The position numbers and the translations under genes are program-made. A stretch of DNA of 54,845 nt, taken from positions 1 through 54,845 of IMG/VR virus record IMGVR_UViG_3300020195_000651; one strand, 5' to 3'. The DNA comes from a virus (Duplodnaviria; Caudoviricetes). Under the pieces are notes generated by a model that worked only from the letters and a program-made list of their open reading frames with translations, was not told the origin of the DNA and did not search any database. Within the stretch, counting starts at the first letter, position 1, and each line of letters begins with the position of its first letter. This document shows, piece by piece, positions 10,105-19,715 of the stretch.

Positions 10105-10313
10105 TATTCTTTCCTGAAAATCAATGGATTGTACTCAGCAACACGCTGACATGGAATATTCTCGTTAGCGAAATTGATTGCTCGAAGCGCATCCAACACA
10201 TTGTTGAATAACGCCAGAGTTCCAGGTTGGATGATCTTGGGGGATGCCCAAGAACCATCCTTACGCAAGTATACATTGCCACTACGAGATGTTGCAAATC
10301 CAACGTACTGCAT
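10104..10313 (-). CDS. Hypothetical protein
   Basis: 69 aa, TAATG coupling to the downstream gene. Confidence 0.6.
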   Translation of the reverse strand: MQYVGFATSRSGNVYLRKDGSWASPKIIQPGTLALFNNVLDALRAINFANENIPCQRVAEYNPLIFRKE

Positions 10314-10320
10314 GGGAACC

Positions 10321-11376
10321 TCAGTTTCGAGTTTCTTCGTTGAAAAGTTGTTCTATCAGATCACTTGGAGTCAGGTGATGTTCGGGCGTAATTACCGTTC
10401 CTGCTGCGGCAAATCTTGCCAACATTTCTTGGAGTTCTTTGTAAGCAAAGAATCGCGGTCCAGTTTCCACATCTTTCGACATGTGTTTTTGAAGTCTGGC
10501 AAGGAACCAGTTACGAGTCTGCGTCAATCCGGGTGATAATTCATATTCCTCTGGGTTGTTGGAGAACCCAAGCAATCGGAACACATCTTCTGTGTCCAAC
10601 CAGCAGAAAGATGACCACGGGTCGTTTTCTTCGTATGCCGCAGGGAATGGTTTCTTCCGAGTCATTTCAATGAAGTGAATGAGCAAACGGGTCCAGTTCT
10701 TAATCAAATACGCATCCTTGCAGCCATCGCCCTCAATGATGCGAAATTCCAGTGTTTTTCGGCTGTTGCGAAGGTACTGGTTTGTGTTTAGAGAATAATA
10801 TTTAACATTCCCCACACGCTTGATCAGGTCAGCGGCACTCATCTTGGTGTCGTGCTGCACGAGATTCGTCATTCCCATGAACTGACAGTACCGATTTCTC
10901 TTTCGGGTTGGCGGAACCGAATCCATGAACAATGGCTCTACCTTGAACCAGTGTGCAATAACAGACGCAATCTCTGCTGGTTCCAGATCGGCAACCTCAA
11001 CGTGAATGTGAACAGAGCAACGCTGATCCACCTTGATTTTGGGGTCTGCGCCAATCGCGTGAACGACTTCGCAGCACCGTTTTAGTCCGCTCCACCCCTT
11101 GAAGACGGGTGTGCAAACTTCCATTCCGCAAGAACTGTCCGGCTTGAGAACCCACACGTCGTTTCCGTGCGTGTGTTCCCAATCGCGAATATCCACGCCT
11201 TCTGTGCTGTGGCGTGCCACTAGCATACCGACATAGTCGATACCAGCGGGTTTTTGACCTTGGTCGGGGCGGTTTTTCCCATCAAAAGCCAAAATCTCCA
11301 GTTCAATGCCGAAGCGTCGGTCTGAAGTGAAGCTCAAGTAAGGTAATTTGCCGCTTTTCTTGATTGGTTCGCCCAT
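10321..11376 (-). CDS. Putative amidoligase (COOH-NH2 ligase, Amidoligase_2 type)
   Basis: RRFGIELE, DSSCGMEVCTP, CSVHIHV, KYYSLN, TLEFR. Confidence 0.85.
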   Translation of the reverse strand: MGEPIKKSGKLPYLSFTSDRRFGIELEILAFDGKNRPDQGQKPAGIDYVGMLVARHSTEGVDIRDWEHTHGNDVWVLKPDSSCGMEVCTPVFKGWSGLKRCCEVVHAIGADPKIKVDQRCSVHIHVEVADLEPAEIASVIAHWFKVEPLFMDSVPPTRKRNRYCQFMGMTNLVQHDTKMSAADLIKRVGNVKYYSLNTNQYLRNSRKTLEFRIIEGDGCKDAYLIKNWTRLLIHFIEMTRKKPFPAAYEENDPWSSFCWLDTEDVFRLLGFSNNPEEYELSPGLTQTRNWFLARLQKHMSKDVETGPRFFAYKELQEMLARFAAAGTVITPEHHLTPSDLIEQLFNEETRN

Positions 11377-11391
11377 TATCTCTCCCTGTTT

Positions 11392-12081
11392 GTGACTGCA
11401 TCATATCAGACCGAGAAGTATCTATTCAACGTCAATTCTCTTTATGCACTAAAGGTATCTTATTGGACTTGTACAATCAATATCAAAACGTTACAATCAC
11501 GTCTAAAATTGTACCCAGGAGCAACCATGGCAATTATCCGTACTTCGGTGCCAACCAAGACCCCGCGCATCAAAAAAGAAAAACCAAAAAAACTGGCAAG
11601 CAAATGTCTTCTTCTCAAGACGCCAGACAATCGTTGTTTTTTTACTGAAGAAAAACACTTTCCTTGCCTGATTGAGTTTGGACGTACATTCGAGGCAGAA
11701 ATATCGGTTGTCAAAATGAAAGAACAAGTTGAAGTTCTTGATCTTGGAGATTTGGCAAAATCCATTTGCACTCCATCCACAACCGAAATAGTTCCGGACT
11801 ATGAAATTGTGGAGACCAAATTGGTCGCAACGCTAAAAAAAAATAGTGAAGTGCGAATTTCCAACCTAGAACAAGGCAAACTCGTATTAGAATACGTTCA
11901 ATCCATTCTACTTGCTGGTCATTTGGTGTGCGCTGGCGACTTGGAGAGTAAATTCCCGACGATCAACAAGGTTAAACTTTATAGTCATTTCACACGAGCA
12001 AGACGCGAAATGACTGCACAAGGACACACACTCAAAAAAGAAAAGCCTGGAACGTATCGTCTTGTCGCCAAACAAGATTAA
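11392..12081 (+). CDS. Hypothetical protein, possible C-terminal winged helix (probable start MAIIRT at 11527)
   Basis: AGGAG precedes ATG at 11527; C-terminus ends KKEKPGTYRL. Confidence 0.65.
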   Translation: MTASYQTEKYLFNVNSLYALKVSYWTCTINIKTLQSRLKLYPGATMAIIRTSVPTKTPRIKKEKPKKLASKCLLLKTPDNRCFFTEEKHFPCLIEFGRTFEAEISVVKMKEQVEVLDLGDLAKSICTPSTTEIVPDYEIVETKLVATLKKNSEVRISNLEQGKLVLEYVQSILLAGHLVCAGDLESKFPTINKVKLYSHFTRARREMTAQGHTLKKEKPGTYRLVAKQD

Positions 12082-12353
12082 ATCCAGCCAGTCCTAGTAG
12101 CTGCCATCAAGGATTGTGCTGTAATTTCCCGACCAGTAAAATCTGAAAGACTTTTCAGCAAATGGGTTTGAATATCCATTTGCACTTGCATAAACACCGC
12201 CGGTCCCATCTTTTTAGCTTCCATCAATGACGCTTGATCAATTTCATACGGAAATAACTTGTCGTCAATAAAAATATCCTTGTGATGAATCCCAATCTTA
12301 GGGTCAAAATGTGTCTTGACAACAAATCGTTGTTTCTTTGGCGTATCACTCAT
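12078..12353 (-). CDS. Hypothetical protein
   Basis: 91 aa ORF. Confidence 0.65.
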   Translation of the reverse strand: MSDTPKKQRFVVKTHFDPKIGIHHKDIFIDDKLFPYEIDQASLMEAKKMGPAVFMQVQMDIQTHLLKSLSDFTGREITAQSLMAATRTGWI

Positions 12354-12378
12354 ACAAGTATTATAGTTTCGCTATTTT

Positions 12379-13206
12379 ATGTTCATGAAGATTACTGCAA
12401 TAGTCAACACTCCTAGTCAACTCAATGTAACTTTAGACACAGTTGAATCAATCACTACTTATATGACTGATCGGGTTCTTCTCGTCATTGATGATGTTGG
12501 ATATGACAAATTAGACATATCCAAACTATCTGTTGATAGCATCAAAGGATTTCGTCACGGATGCAAGCGTTCACCCTATAGAAATTTTGCATTAGGATTA
12601 TTACGAGCTTACAACAAGTGGCCAGATTCCGATTGGTTTCTTTTCACTGATTACGATGCTCTTGTCGGGTCTTCTGCGTTTCGGGATGATCTAACCAAAG
12701 CTCAAGATGATAACGTGTGGATGATTGGCAATGACTTGCGGAGAAATCAATCAGTCAAATTAGAATTAGTTGAACAGATACTAAAAACAAAATTCAATGA
12801 AATGTTATATTTGTTTGGTGCGTGTTTGTTTTACAACAAAGTGTTCGTAAAAAAACTCATGGAAGAAAACTTCCTTGAAAATCTATTATCTCGAACGAAT
12901 AACTTCCAGTATGGATTTTTTCCAGGTTATTCTGCTTGGGATGTTACAGAACATATGATGCCTACGTTAGCAAATCATTGGGGCGGCGACGTTCAACAAT
13001 TCGCCAATTGGAAAGACAACTGGACTGGATTTTATCAAGTTGGTAATTATCGTCGCTATCCAATTCGATGGAAACCTGAATTGAGCAAAGAATTGAAAAC
13101 TGAAGAGTATCTGCAAGCTTCTATTATGCACCCGATCAAAACTTATGATCATCCCATACGTAAATTTCATCGCAATAAACGACTAAGACAAAAATCTCTC
13201 GCCTAA
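12379..13206 (+). CDS. Glycosyltransferase-like (GT-A fold) protein
   Basis: DWFLFTDYDALV DxD motif; C-terminal IMHPIK. Confidence 0.6.
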   Translation: MFMKITAIVNTPSQLNVTLDTVESITTYMTDRVLLVIDDVGYDKLDISKLSVDSIKGFRHGCKRSPYRNFALGLLRAYNKWPDSDWFLFTDYDALVGSSAFRDDLTKAQDDNVWMIGNDLRRNQSVKLELVEQILKTKFNEMLYLFGACLFYNKVFVKKLMEENFLENLLSRTNNFQYGFFPGYSAWDVTEHMMPTLANHWGGDVQQFANWKDNWTGFYQVGNYRRYPIRWKPELSKELKTEEYLQASIMHPIKTYDHPIRKFHRNKRLRQKSLA

Positions 13207-13848
13207 CTGTCGGTCTCTTATAATTTTTGCTGGACTTCCATACGCCAAAACATTATCAGGAAGTGATTTCATTACTAATGACCCAGAACCAATAACGGTA
13301 TTTTCTCCTATTGTTATTCTGTCAACTACTGTTGTACCTAACGCGATAGCCGAAAATTTACCAACAGAGACTCTTCCACCTAAAGTCGCACCAGCAGAAA
13401 TACTAGCAAATTCATCGATTTGACAATCATGTAATATAATTGCGCCATTGATAAAAAGAGTAAAATTTCCTATTTTGCAATTCACATCAATCACACACAA
13501 AGACAATATAACTACACCAAATCCAATCTCAACATTTTTTCCTATTACCGCAGTTGGATGAATCACATTGCCAAATTGAAAATCATTGCATTGATTGATA
13601 ACACTATCATAAATTGTTTTTCGACTCCAGTTGTCTCCAACTGTAATCACCCCTGCATCAATTTTATACTCTTCAATCAAAGACATTAAATCTTCTTGTC
13701 TTCCAATGATGTTGTATCCCGAAACTTCAATTCCAATTTCTTTTTCAGAATCAATTATTCCGACAATGTTGTATATTCCTTGTTTTTGTATTGCGTCAAT
13801 ACAAGGAGATACATGATTGCCACCACCAAAACAAACAATATTTTTCAT
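13183..13848 (-). CDS. NeuD/PglD-family sugar O/N-acetyltransferase
   Basis: N-terminal FGGGNH Rossmann-like part, VIHPTA and hexapeptide repeats, YGSPAK. Confidence 0.9.
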   Translation of the reverse strand: MKNIVCFGGGNHVSPCIDAIQKQGIYNIVGIIDSEKEIGIEVSGYNIIGRQEDLMSLIEEYKIDAGVITVGDNWSRKTIYDSVINQCNDFQFGNVIHPTAVIGKNVEIGFGVVILSLCVIDVNCKIGNFTLFINGAIILHDCQIDEFASISAGATLGGRVSVGKFSAIALGTTVVDRITIGENTVIGSGSLVMKSLPDNVLAYGSPAKIIRDRQLGERFLS

Positions 13849-14648
13849 ATAGATTTAGAATTATTTATGTTGTCATCAAAATCTTGATCAAATTTTTTCT
13901 TGTCTACAAAGTATTGATGTCCATATCCTTTTTTGATATCGTTTGGTCTTAATTTTTCCCCAAGTCTTTGATATCTTTCATAAGTCTCATCTCTACCCAA
14001 ATAACGATAATGAAACATTTTTATATCTTGTGCATTAGGATAAACAATATAAAATTCAGATTTACAAATTCCATGACAGCCAACAACATAATCAAAACTG
14101 CACATTTTATTCAATCGAAACAATGAAACTTTGTTGTAGTAATGGTTAGGCACTCCATTACGAACAATCTCAGTTAAACATTTGCCATCATACGTAGGAA
14201 AACTATCACAAACCATATCATACCCAATTGATTGTATTGCCATTACATCTGAATCTAAATTGGATAAATAATCTATCAAATTAGGATGATATACAAACTC
14301 ATCAAAATCAATAACAATTGCCCAATCCGCCTGACCGATTGATTCTTTCCATACAGTTGATTTTAGTTTCGCCGCATTTTCGCATATAGAACCATCTGGA
14401 TTCCATGATCTTATTTCTACTTTTGGTTCTGACTTTAATAATTGCATCGAATCATCTGTAGAGCCATTATCAAATACAATTATTTTTTCGCAAATAGGAG
14501 CATAGTAATGCAAAAAGAATGGAACGAGATTAATCTCGTTCCATGCAAGTGTATACAAATGTATTTTCATACAAGTATGTATCTCAATCAAGTTCAATAT
14601 ATTGAACTGTTGTTCCGTGAGTTCTAGATGCAATATAAATAGATTCAA
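13845..14648 (-). CDS. Glycosyltransferase family 2-like (probable start MKIHLY, about 14570)
   Basis: WNE, FDNGSTDDS, IVIDFDEF. Confidence 0.85.
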   Translation of the reverse strand: MNLFILHLELTEQQFNILNLIEIHTCMKIHLYTLAWNEINLVPFFLHYYAPICEKIIVFDNGSTDDSMQLLKSEPKVEIRSWNPDGSICENAAKLKSTVWKESIGQADWAIVIDFDEFVYHPNLIDYLSNLDSDVMAIQSIGYDMVCDSFPTYDGKCLTEIVRNGVPNHYYNKVSLFRLNKMCSFDYVVGCHGICKSEFYIVYPNAQDIKMFHYRYLGRDETYERYQRLGEKLRPNDIKKGYGHQYFVDKKKFDQDFDDNINNSKSI

Positions 14649-14895
14649 TATTTGATCTTCTCAATCTATCGTTCAACTCTTTATGTTGCTCTTTGAGCCT
14701 GGATATATATGCTTCTGCTTTTAATGGAGGCATTTGACCAACATCCACAGTATAAACCAGCAAACCTCTACAATAATTTTGTTCGCCAATTATGTTTTCG
14801 TTAACTGGTCCATTCCAACCACCTGCAACTTCTTTCCTTTCTTGCACTCCAATAACTTCTCTCAATTGTTGTTCTGTCAATTCAATGTCTCGCAT
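14584..14895 (-). CDS. Small protein carrying a T4 gp20 portal-like motif
   Basis: VYTVDVGQMPPLKAEAYISRLK resembles the portal segment FYIDVGNLPxxKAEQYL. Confidence 0.6.
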   Translation of the reverse strand: MRDIELTEQQLREVIGVQERKEVAGGWNGPVNENIIGEQNYCRGLLVYTVDVGQMPPLKAEAYISRLKEQHKELNDRLRRSNIESIYIASRTHGTTVQYIELD

Positions 14896-14904
14896 TTCAA
14901 TTCC

Positions 14905-15819
14905 TTAATTTCCATGTACTGATTCTATCCATCTCACTGTGCCGCTCTCACTTCTCATTAATACACTATGAGTACGAGCCTTACCGCCTGGAAACCTAAC
15001 TCCCTTCAACAAACTTCCATCCGTGATTCCTGTTGCGCAGAACACAACATCACCTTTAGCCAAATCCTCCATCTGAAGAACCTGATCATTGATTAGTGAG
15101 CCATTAGGTTCACACAGAATGCCTTCAAATCGTCCACGCATGCACTTGAGGGCTGCTGCGGTGATTACGCCCTCTGGGGTGCCACCAACGCCGTAATAGA
15201 AATCTATGCCACTCTCTGGCACGCATGATGCTATTGCGCCTGACACGTCACAATCAGAGATTAATCTGATGCGACAACCAAATGCTCTCAATGTATTAAT
15301 GTATTCTTTATGTCTTGGGCGGTCTAATAAACATACAGTAATTCTATGATGTTGTTTACCAGTAAAATCACTGACCTTCTGGACAATATCAGACAACGGT
15401 TCACTGATGCTAACATTTAATCTTACTAAGTCTGGACCGAGTGCCAGTTTTTTCATGTAGAATACATCAGAACTAAAAAGACTATTGCGATAACCTATCG
15501 ACATAACGCTCATTGCTTCATATCCACCGCGACTGGTTGGTGTTGTGCCTTCAATCGGATCAACCGCAATGTCATATGATGGCTCTACGAATCCAGCCAA
15601 TCCACCTACGACATCACCTTTGAATAAACCAGGAGCATTGTCTTTTTTTCCTTCGCCAATGACAATCTGTCCACAGAAATCAATGCGTGCAAGTCGATCA
15701 AGCATCGCATCAGTTGCAGCCTTATCAGCGGCATTTTTATCGCCACGTCCTACTTGTTCTGAGGCAGACACGGCTGCGGCTTCAGTTACACGAACCATGT
15801 CTAAATGGATATTTTTCAT
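14905..15819 (-). CDS. glpX: Fructose-1,6-bisphosphatase class II
   Basis: VRVTEAAA, GRGDKNAAD, VIGEG, DIAVDPIEGT, LDRPRH, GGTPEGV, ATGITDG. Confidence 0.95.
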   Translation of the reverse strand: MKNIHLDMVRVTEAAAVSASEQVGRGDKNAADKAATDAMLDRLARIDFCGQIVIGEGKKDNAPGLFKGDVVGGLAGFVEPSYDIAVDPIEGTTPTSRGGYEAMSVMSIGYRNSLFSSDVFYMKKLALGPDLVRLNVSISEPLSDIVQKVSDFTGKQHHRITVCLLDRPRHKEYINTLRAFGCRIRLISDCDVSGAIASCVPESGIDFYYGVGGTPEGVITAAALKCMRGRFEGILCEPNGSLINDQVLQMEDLAKGDVVFCATGITDGSLLKGVRFPGGKARTHSVLMRSESGTVRWIESVHGN

Positions 15820-16031
15820 TTCAATTCCTGTATAATAAAAATCTCAACACCTTCTGGATAACCGCCCCAAAGGTAACGACAACGATAACCGTTTCTACTG
15901 TCAGCGTCATCATTACAAAGAATAAACTCTGAATAGTTCTCCGCGACAAATTGTTGTGCGTTTTGCACCAATTCAAATTTGCCTTTATTCTTATTCTGAA
16001 ATGTTACAATGTATTTCATTACAAAGTCCAT
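15816..16031 (-). CDS. Hypothetical protein
   Basis: 71 aa; ATGA overlap with glpX. Confidence 0.55.
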   Translation of the reverse strand: MDFVMKYIVTFQNKNKGKFELVQNAQQFVAENYSEFILCNDDADSRNGYRCRYLWGGYPEGVEIFIIQELK

Positions 16032-16145
16032 TCATCTACGTCTAATTCAACTGCAAGCCATCCAGTAGGAACAATCCACTTGCGCCCATCGCTTGTCATC
16101 AGGCGATGTGTTCCAGAGGAACGGATTAGTGAACTACCCACGCCC

Positions 16146-17375
16146 CTAAAGGGGCGGGGCTTCCGCTCCAACCAATAGCCCACTCAGAGCGGGTCTTACA
16201 TCAGGGCAAGCGGCTATCCCTCTCGTTCCGAGAGTTCTGATCCTCAATCCTTCATTCAATATGTTACAAGCAGCGTTATGATCTCGCTGGTTGTTCTCCC
16301 AACAGTTCCAGCAACACCACTCACGTTCAGTTGGCTTTAACTCACGATTACGCCAACCACACTTGTTGCATAACTGAGACGAAGGATACCAACGACTAAC
16401 TTTCACCAACTCACGACCATACCAAACTGCTTTGTACATCAACTTCTGCACAAACGAGTAGAAACCACAATCGGCAATGTCCTTATGCCGTTTTCGCTCT
16501 TTCCATCGTGGTTCATCCCTATCGTCAGGCTTGGTCTTCGCAAGCATGTCACTCACAGAGTTGTCTTCGACAACAATAACTTGGTTCTCGTTAATGATGC
16601 GACGACTCAACTTGTGCAAATGATCTTCACGCTTGTTGTGTACCTTCAAGTACAACTTCGCTAACTTACGCTTCGCCTTCGTCCTCCCATTACCACCTTT
16701 CTCACTTCTCGATACTTCCTGATGCAACAACTTCAACCGTGCCGCAAATTGCTTCGCAGGACGAGGATTGACTTCAGTGTTACCATTGCTGTCCACCATC
16801 CCATGCACGTTCAGGTCGTAAGCCACAACTTCTGCTCGTTCTGACAACGGTTGAATATCACGCTCGACTGTGATTGAAACATGATATTGTCCTGCCTTAT
16901 TCTTGCTGATCGTGGCGAACTGTATATCACCTTCTACTTTGCGATGTTCGACGACAGGTATACCTTCCAAAAACTTCGGCATCACTAATTTGTCGTCAAT
17001 GATGTAGATGTTTTGTTTGACACGGAAGGATTGTTTAGCATGTCGTTTCTTGAACCGTGGGAAACCTTTCTTGCCTTTGATCTTTTGCTTCACCTTGCGG
17101 AAGAAGTTATCGTATGCACGTTGCAAGCATTCGACTGCGTATTGCAAACTTTGGCTTCCGACTTCTTTGAGCCAAGGAAACGCTTGCTTGAGTGTTGGCA
17201 GTTCTTTTTCGTTGTCGCTTCGTTTGAGTGATTTGTTGTTTGTTTTGTATTCTTGTATCCTTTTATCGAGGAAGTGGTTGAACACGAACCTGCCACAGCC
17301 GAAGTGTTTGGCGAGCAATACTTCTTGCTGAGTGGTTGGTGACAACCTCAGTTTGCAGGAATACAGGTGCTTCAC
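16146..17375 (-). CDS. tnpB: RNA-guided endonuclease TnpB
   Basis: N-terminal HTH (HFGCGRFVFN), GFPRFKK, RuvC D (AYDLN), E (VVED), D (QRDHNAACNI), Zn finger CNKC/CWNC. Confidence 0.95.
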   Translation of the reverse strand: MKHLYSCKLRLSPTTQQEVLLAKHFGCGRFVFNHFLDKRIQEYKTNNKSLKRSDNEKELPTLKQAFPWLKEVGSQSLQYAVECLQRAYDNFFRKVKQKIKGKKGFPRFKKRHAKQSFRVKQNIYIIDDKLVMPKFLEGIPVVEHRKVEGDIQFATISKNKAGQYHVSITVERDIQPLSERAEVVAYDLNVHGMVDSNGNTEVNPRPAKQFAARLKLLHQEVSRSEKGGNGRTKAKRKLAKLYLKVHNKREDHLHKLSRRIINENQVIVVEDNSVSDMLAKTKPDDRDEPRWKERKRHKDIADCGFYSFVQKLMYKAVWYGRELVKVSRWYPSSQLCNKCGWRNRELKPTEREWCCWNCWENNQRDHNAACNILNEGLRIRTLGTRGIAACPDVRPALSGLLVGAEAPPL

Positions 17376-17530
17376 TTATTTCCTTGCTTGGCGTAGTCAC
17401 GAATGAAGTCACGAAGCGTGTCGCTCATAGTTTTGTAGTTCTGGTCGCAGAGTGCTTTGAACTTATCGAAGAGTTCGGTTGGTACTCGTATGGACAAAAC
17501 CTTATCGGCTACGTTCTTTTTCTTTGTCAT
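17372..17530 (-). CDS. Ribbon-helix-helix (CopG-like) protein, 52 aa, not in the ORF track
   Basis: MTKKKNVADKVLSIRVPTELFDKFKALCDQNYKTMSDTLRDFIRDYAKQGNK*; GTGA overlap with the tnpB start. Confidence 0.75.
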   Translation of the reverse strand: MTKKKNVADKVLSIRVPTELFDKFKALCDQNYKTMSDTLRDFIRDYAKQGNK

Positions 17531-17854
17531 ACACTTTATATAGTGGTGTGCGACGATTTTTGAGCAAGGAAATTTGATTTTGAGCCGAATTTTTAGGGGA
17601 CGGTGCGTTTGTCTTGTTTTAACGGTGCTTGATTTTGCTTCAAGAATGAGTTAATCTTTAGTGTATCGCCTTCATCCCCTACCCTAAAGGGCTGGTAGGC
17701 AGTCTCCCTCGCTCCGCTCGGTCGCTTTGCCTACCAGCATCTAGCGATGTAGGGGCTTTCGGCTCCGAAGACGGGTAAATGCGTCACATTATTCAATTCT
17801 ACTTTATTGTCATTTGGGAAGTGGTACGTTCGCTTACGTTCGGGTTCTTTCAGT

Positions 17855-18748
17855 TTATTCAATTCTGGCTTTGTCGTCGTTTTGTTCATAAGTATCACCT
17901 TTTCTCTTTAATAAATAACTTTCTGCAAGTTTCACATAGTCTGGATTAATTTCAAACCCTAGATATTCCATTCCTAAATCTTCTGCTACAGCAGCTTCGC
18001 TGCCTGTTCCAATGAATGGAATAAGAACTTTACCATTCTCATGTGGCTTACTTGCCATCAACAATCTTTTAGTCAATTCGTAAGGTTTTTGTGTTGGATG
18101 TTGAATTACATCGTGATCTTCATGTTCATCCCTTTTTTTATTTGGATATGCTTGATTGCACGAACGACACAAAAACCATCTTTCGGAAGCACCTGCTCCA
18201 CCTGCCAAGGCAGGAACTTTCAACACGTCACGAGGAAGAGCGCCTTTTTCATTTGCTTCATATACTGTCTCTTTACCATCATGGCTGTATCGTCCTTTTG
18301 TACCTTTTCGTACCTTGCCAGCCGCATTCTTTAAGAAGACGTCAGTGTATGGAACTCTGACACTGTCTTGATTAAAAATTCGTTTTGATTTGTCTACCCA
18401 ACAACATAATATACTTTCGTGACTTCGTTGCCAAAAACTTAACTTTGGTACTGTTTTGTTTTCGTAGTGCCAAATAAGCCACCGATGAGGAATTTTCAAT
18501 CTTGCTGAGATGTGGGCAAGAGTTTCAGAAAATCCATAAATATAAATGGTTCCACTTGGTTTTAATACACGTTTACATTCATCAATCCATTCATCACACC
18601 AATCAAGATACGACGCAATGTCCATATTGTCTTTACAGTCGCCAAAATCTTTGCCAATATTGTATGGAGGGTCTGCTATTATTAGATCAAAATATTCATT
18701 TGATTGCTGTCTCAGTCCAATCAAAACATCTAACATGAAAATAGGCAT
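17855..18748 (-). CDS. N6-A/N4-C DNA methyltransferase (beta class)
   Basis: IADPPYN, HPTQKP, PFIGTGS, GFEIN. Confidence 0.92.
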   Translation of the reverse strand: MPIFMLDVLIGLRQQSNEYFDLIIADPPYNIGKDFGDCKDNMDIASYLDWCDEWIDECKRVLKPSGTIYIYGFSETLAHISARLKIPHRWLIWHYENKTVPKLSFWQRSHESILCCWVDKSKRIFNQDSVRVPYTDVFLKNAAGKVRKGTKGRYSHDGKETVYEANEKGALPRDVLKVPALAGGAGASERWFLCRSCNQAYPNKKRDEHEDHDVIQHPTQKPYELTKRLLMASKPHENGKVLIPFIGTGSEAAVAEDLGMEYLGFEINPDYVKLAESYLLKRKGDTYEQNDDKARIE

Positions 18749-19101
18749 TATATTTTTTTAATCCTGTTTATACACTCCATCATTTTTTCATAAGTCATCT
18801 CGCATTTTGCTCTGTTGCAAGTATAGCAACTAGGCAAACTATTTTTTAAAGTGTATCCATCATCATTATTCATTCTGTCGATTCCATTATAAATATAATC
18901 TCCCCATGGCGTTGGTTTTGCTTTTCGATTGTTTTCTATTTTGCAAATTCGATCTGGCAAGCAGCCACAATAATGACATGGTGTTGATGTAATAACATGA
19001 AACTCTTCGAAAGTCAATTGAAAATCTCTACCGTATTTTTTGGCTCCTGTTTTATATTTAGAATATAAACGATTTGCTCCACTCCATCCTTTTGGCACCA
19101 A
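18748..19101 (-). CDS. HNH-like homing endonuclease (frame stays open upstream to about 19280)
   Basis: CHYCG...YNGIDRMNN..GYT..N..PSCYTCNRAK; upstream in-frame CSNC/CRNC. Confidence 0.75.
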   Translation of the reverse strand: MVPKGWSGANRLYSKYKTGAKKYGRDFQLTFEEFHVITSTPCHYCGCLPDRICKIENNRKAKPTPWGDYIYNGIDRMNNDDGYTLKNSLPSCYTCNRAKCEMTYEKMMECINRIKKI

Positions 19102-19292
19102 TTGACAATTTCGACATTTGGTCGATCTTTTTATTGCATTTGGTGTCTTGATTGTAACTTGATTACAATTTGAACATTTTACTTTGAATCCTCTATTGCT
19201 TCCAACATATTCGAAGATTTCAAGATGTTTAATTTTTTGATCAAGTAATGGTTCTATGTTTTTCCCCGTACAAAATTCTCCATGTTAGCTGA

Positions 19293-19328
19293 ATAATAAC
19301 CACACTGATTTATCAGTGTGGTTATTAT
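19293..19328. terminator. Palindromic hairpin, likely terminator
   Basis: ataataaccacactgat-tt-atcagtgtggttattat. Confidence 0.6.
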
Positions 19329-19338
19329 AAACTTTATC

Positions 19339-19647
19339 TTAGATGCCGTTCTTTTCTAGTTGAGAAAGGCTCATCCGCTCTAGAGTCGGATTTGCTACCT
19401 TCGTGCGAAGTGGATTGTCCGAACGCAATTCGTTCGTCATCGCGATCTTATCAATACGGAAGCTCTTAATTGGAGCCTCTTCAATGTCTCTAACCGTTCC
19501 ACCCTCTCGGACTTCATAGCCCTTGAAGTATTCCTTCTCTTGCTCGGTGATCAGGACTGTTCGCTTGACTGGGTGACTGTGAGTTCCCTTGTAGAAGAAC
19601 TTGGCTGCTGGGCGGGTCTTGACGAGTTCGTGTTGTGTGCTGTTCAT
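19339..19647 (-). CDS. WYL-like small protein
   Basis: FFYKG...KRTV...KGYE...IKSFRIDKI resembles the WYL RxFRxDRI motif. Confidence 0.5.
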   Translation of the reverse strand: MNSTQHELVKTRPAAKFFYKGTHSHPVKRTVLITEQEKEYFKGYEVREGGTVRDIEEAPIKSFRIDKIAMTNELRSDNPLRTKVANPTLERMSLSQLEKNGI

Positions 19648-19715
19648 ATTAATTCTCAGTTCTTTCGTTTTTAGTTGTTTTGCAAGATTTATAGTCGTCG
19701 CAATCGACTTTTCTA

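Larger units (their letters stand above)
16129..17774 (-). mobile_element. IS200/IS605-family (IS1341-like, no tnpA) element, family A, carrying RHH + tnpB
   Basis: Follows target TTTAC; LE guide AAAG + hairpin; RE GAAG-hairpin-tag-TTCAC. Confidence 0.92.
16019..17889 (-). pseudogene. Small phage gene (74 aa when rejoined) interrupted by the RHH-tnpB element
   Basis: Joining 17889-17775 to 16128-16019 gives MNKTTTKPELNKLKEPERKRTYHFPNDNKVELNNVTHLLIRSSGTHRLMTSDGRKWIVPTGWLAVELDVDEWTL*; AGGTGA RBS upstream. Confidence 0.8.
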
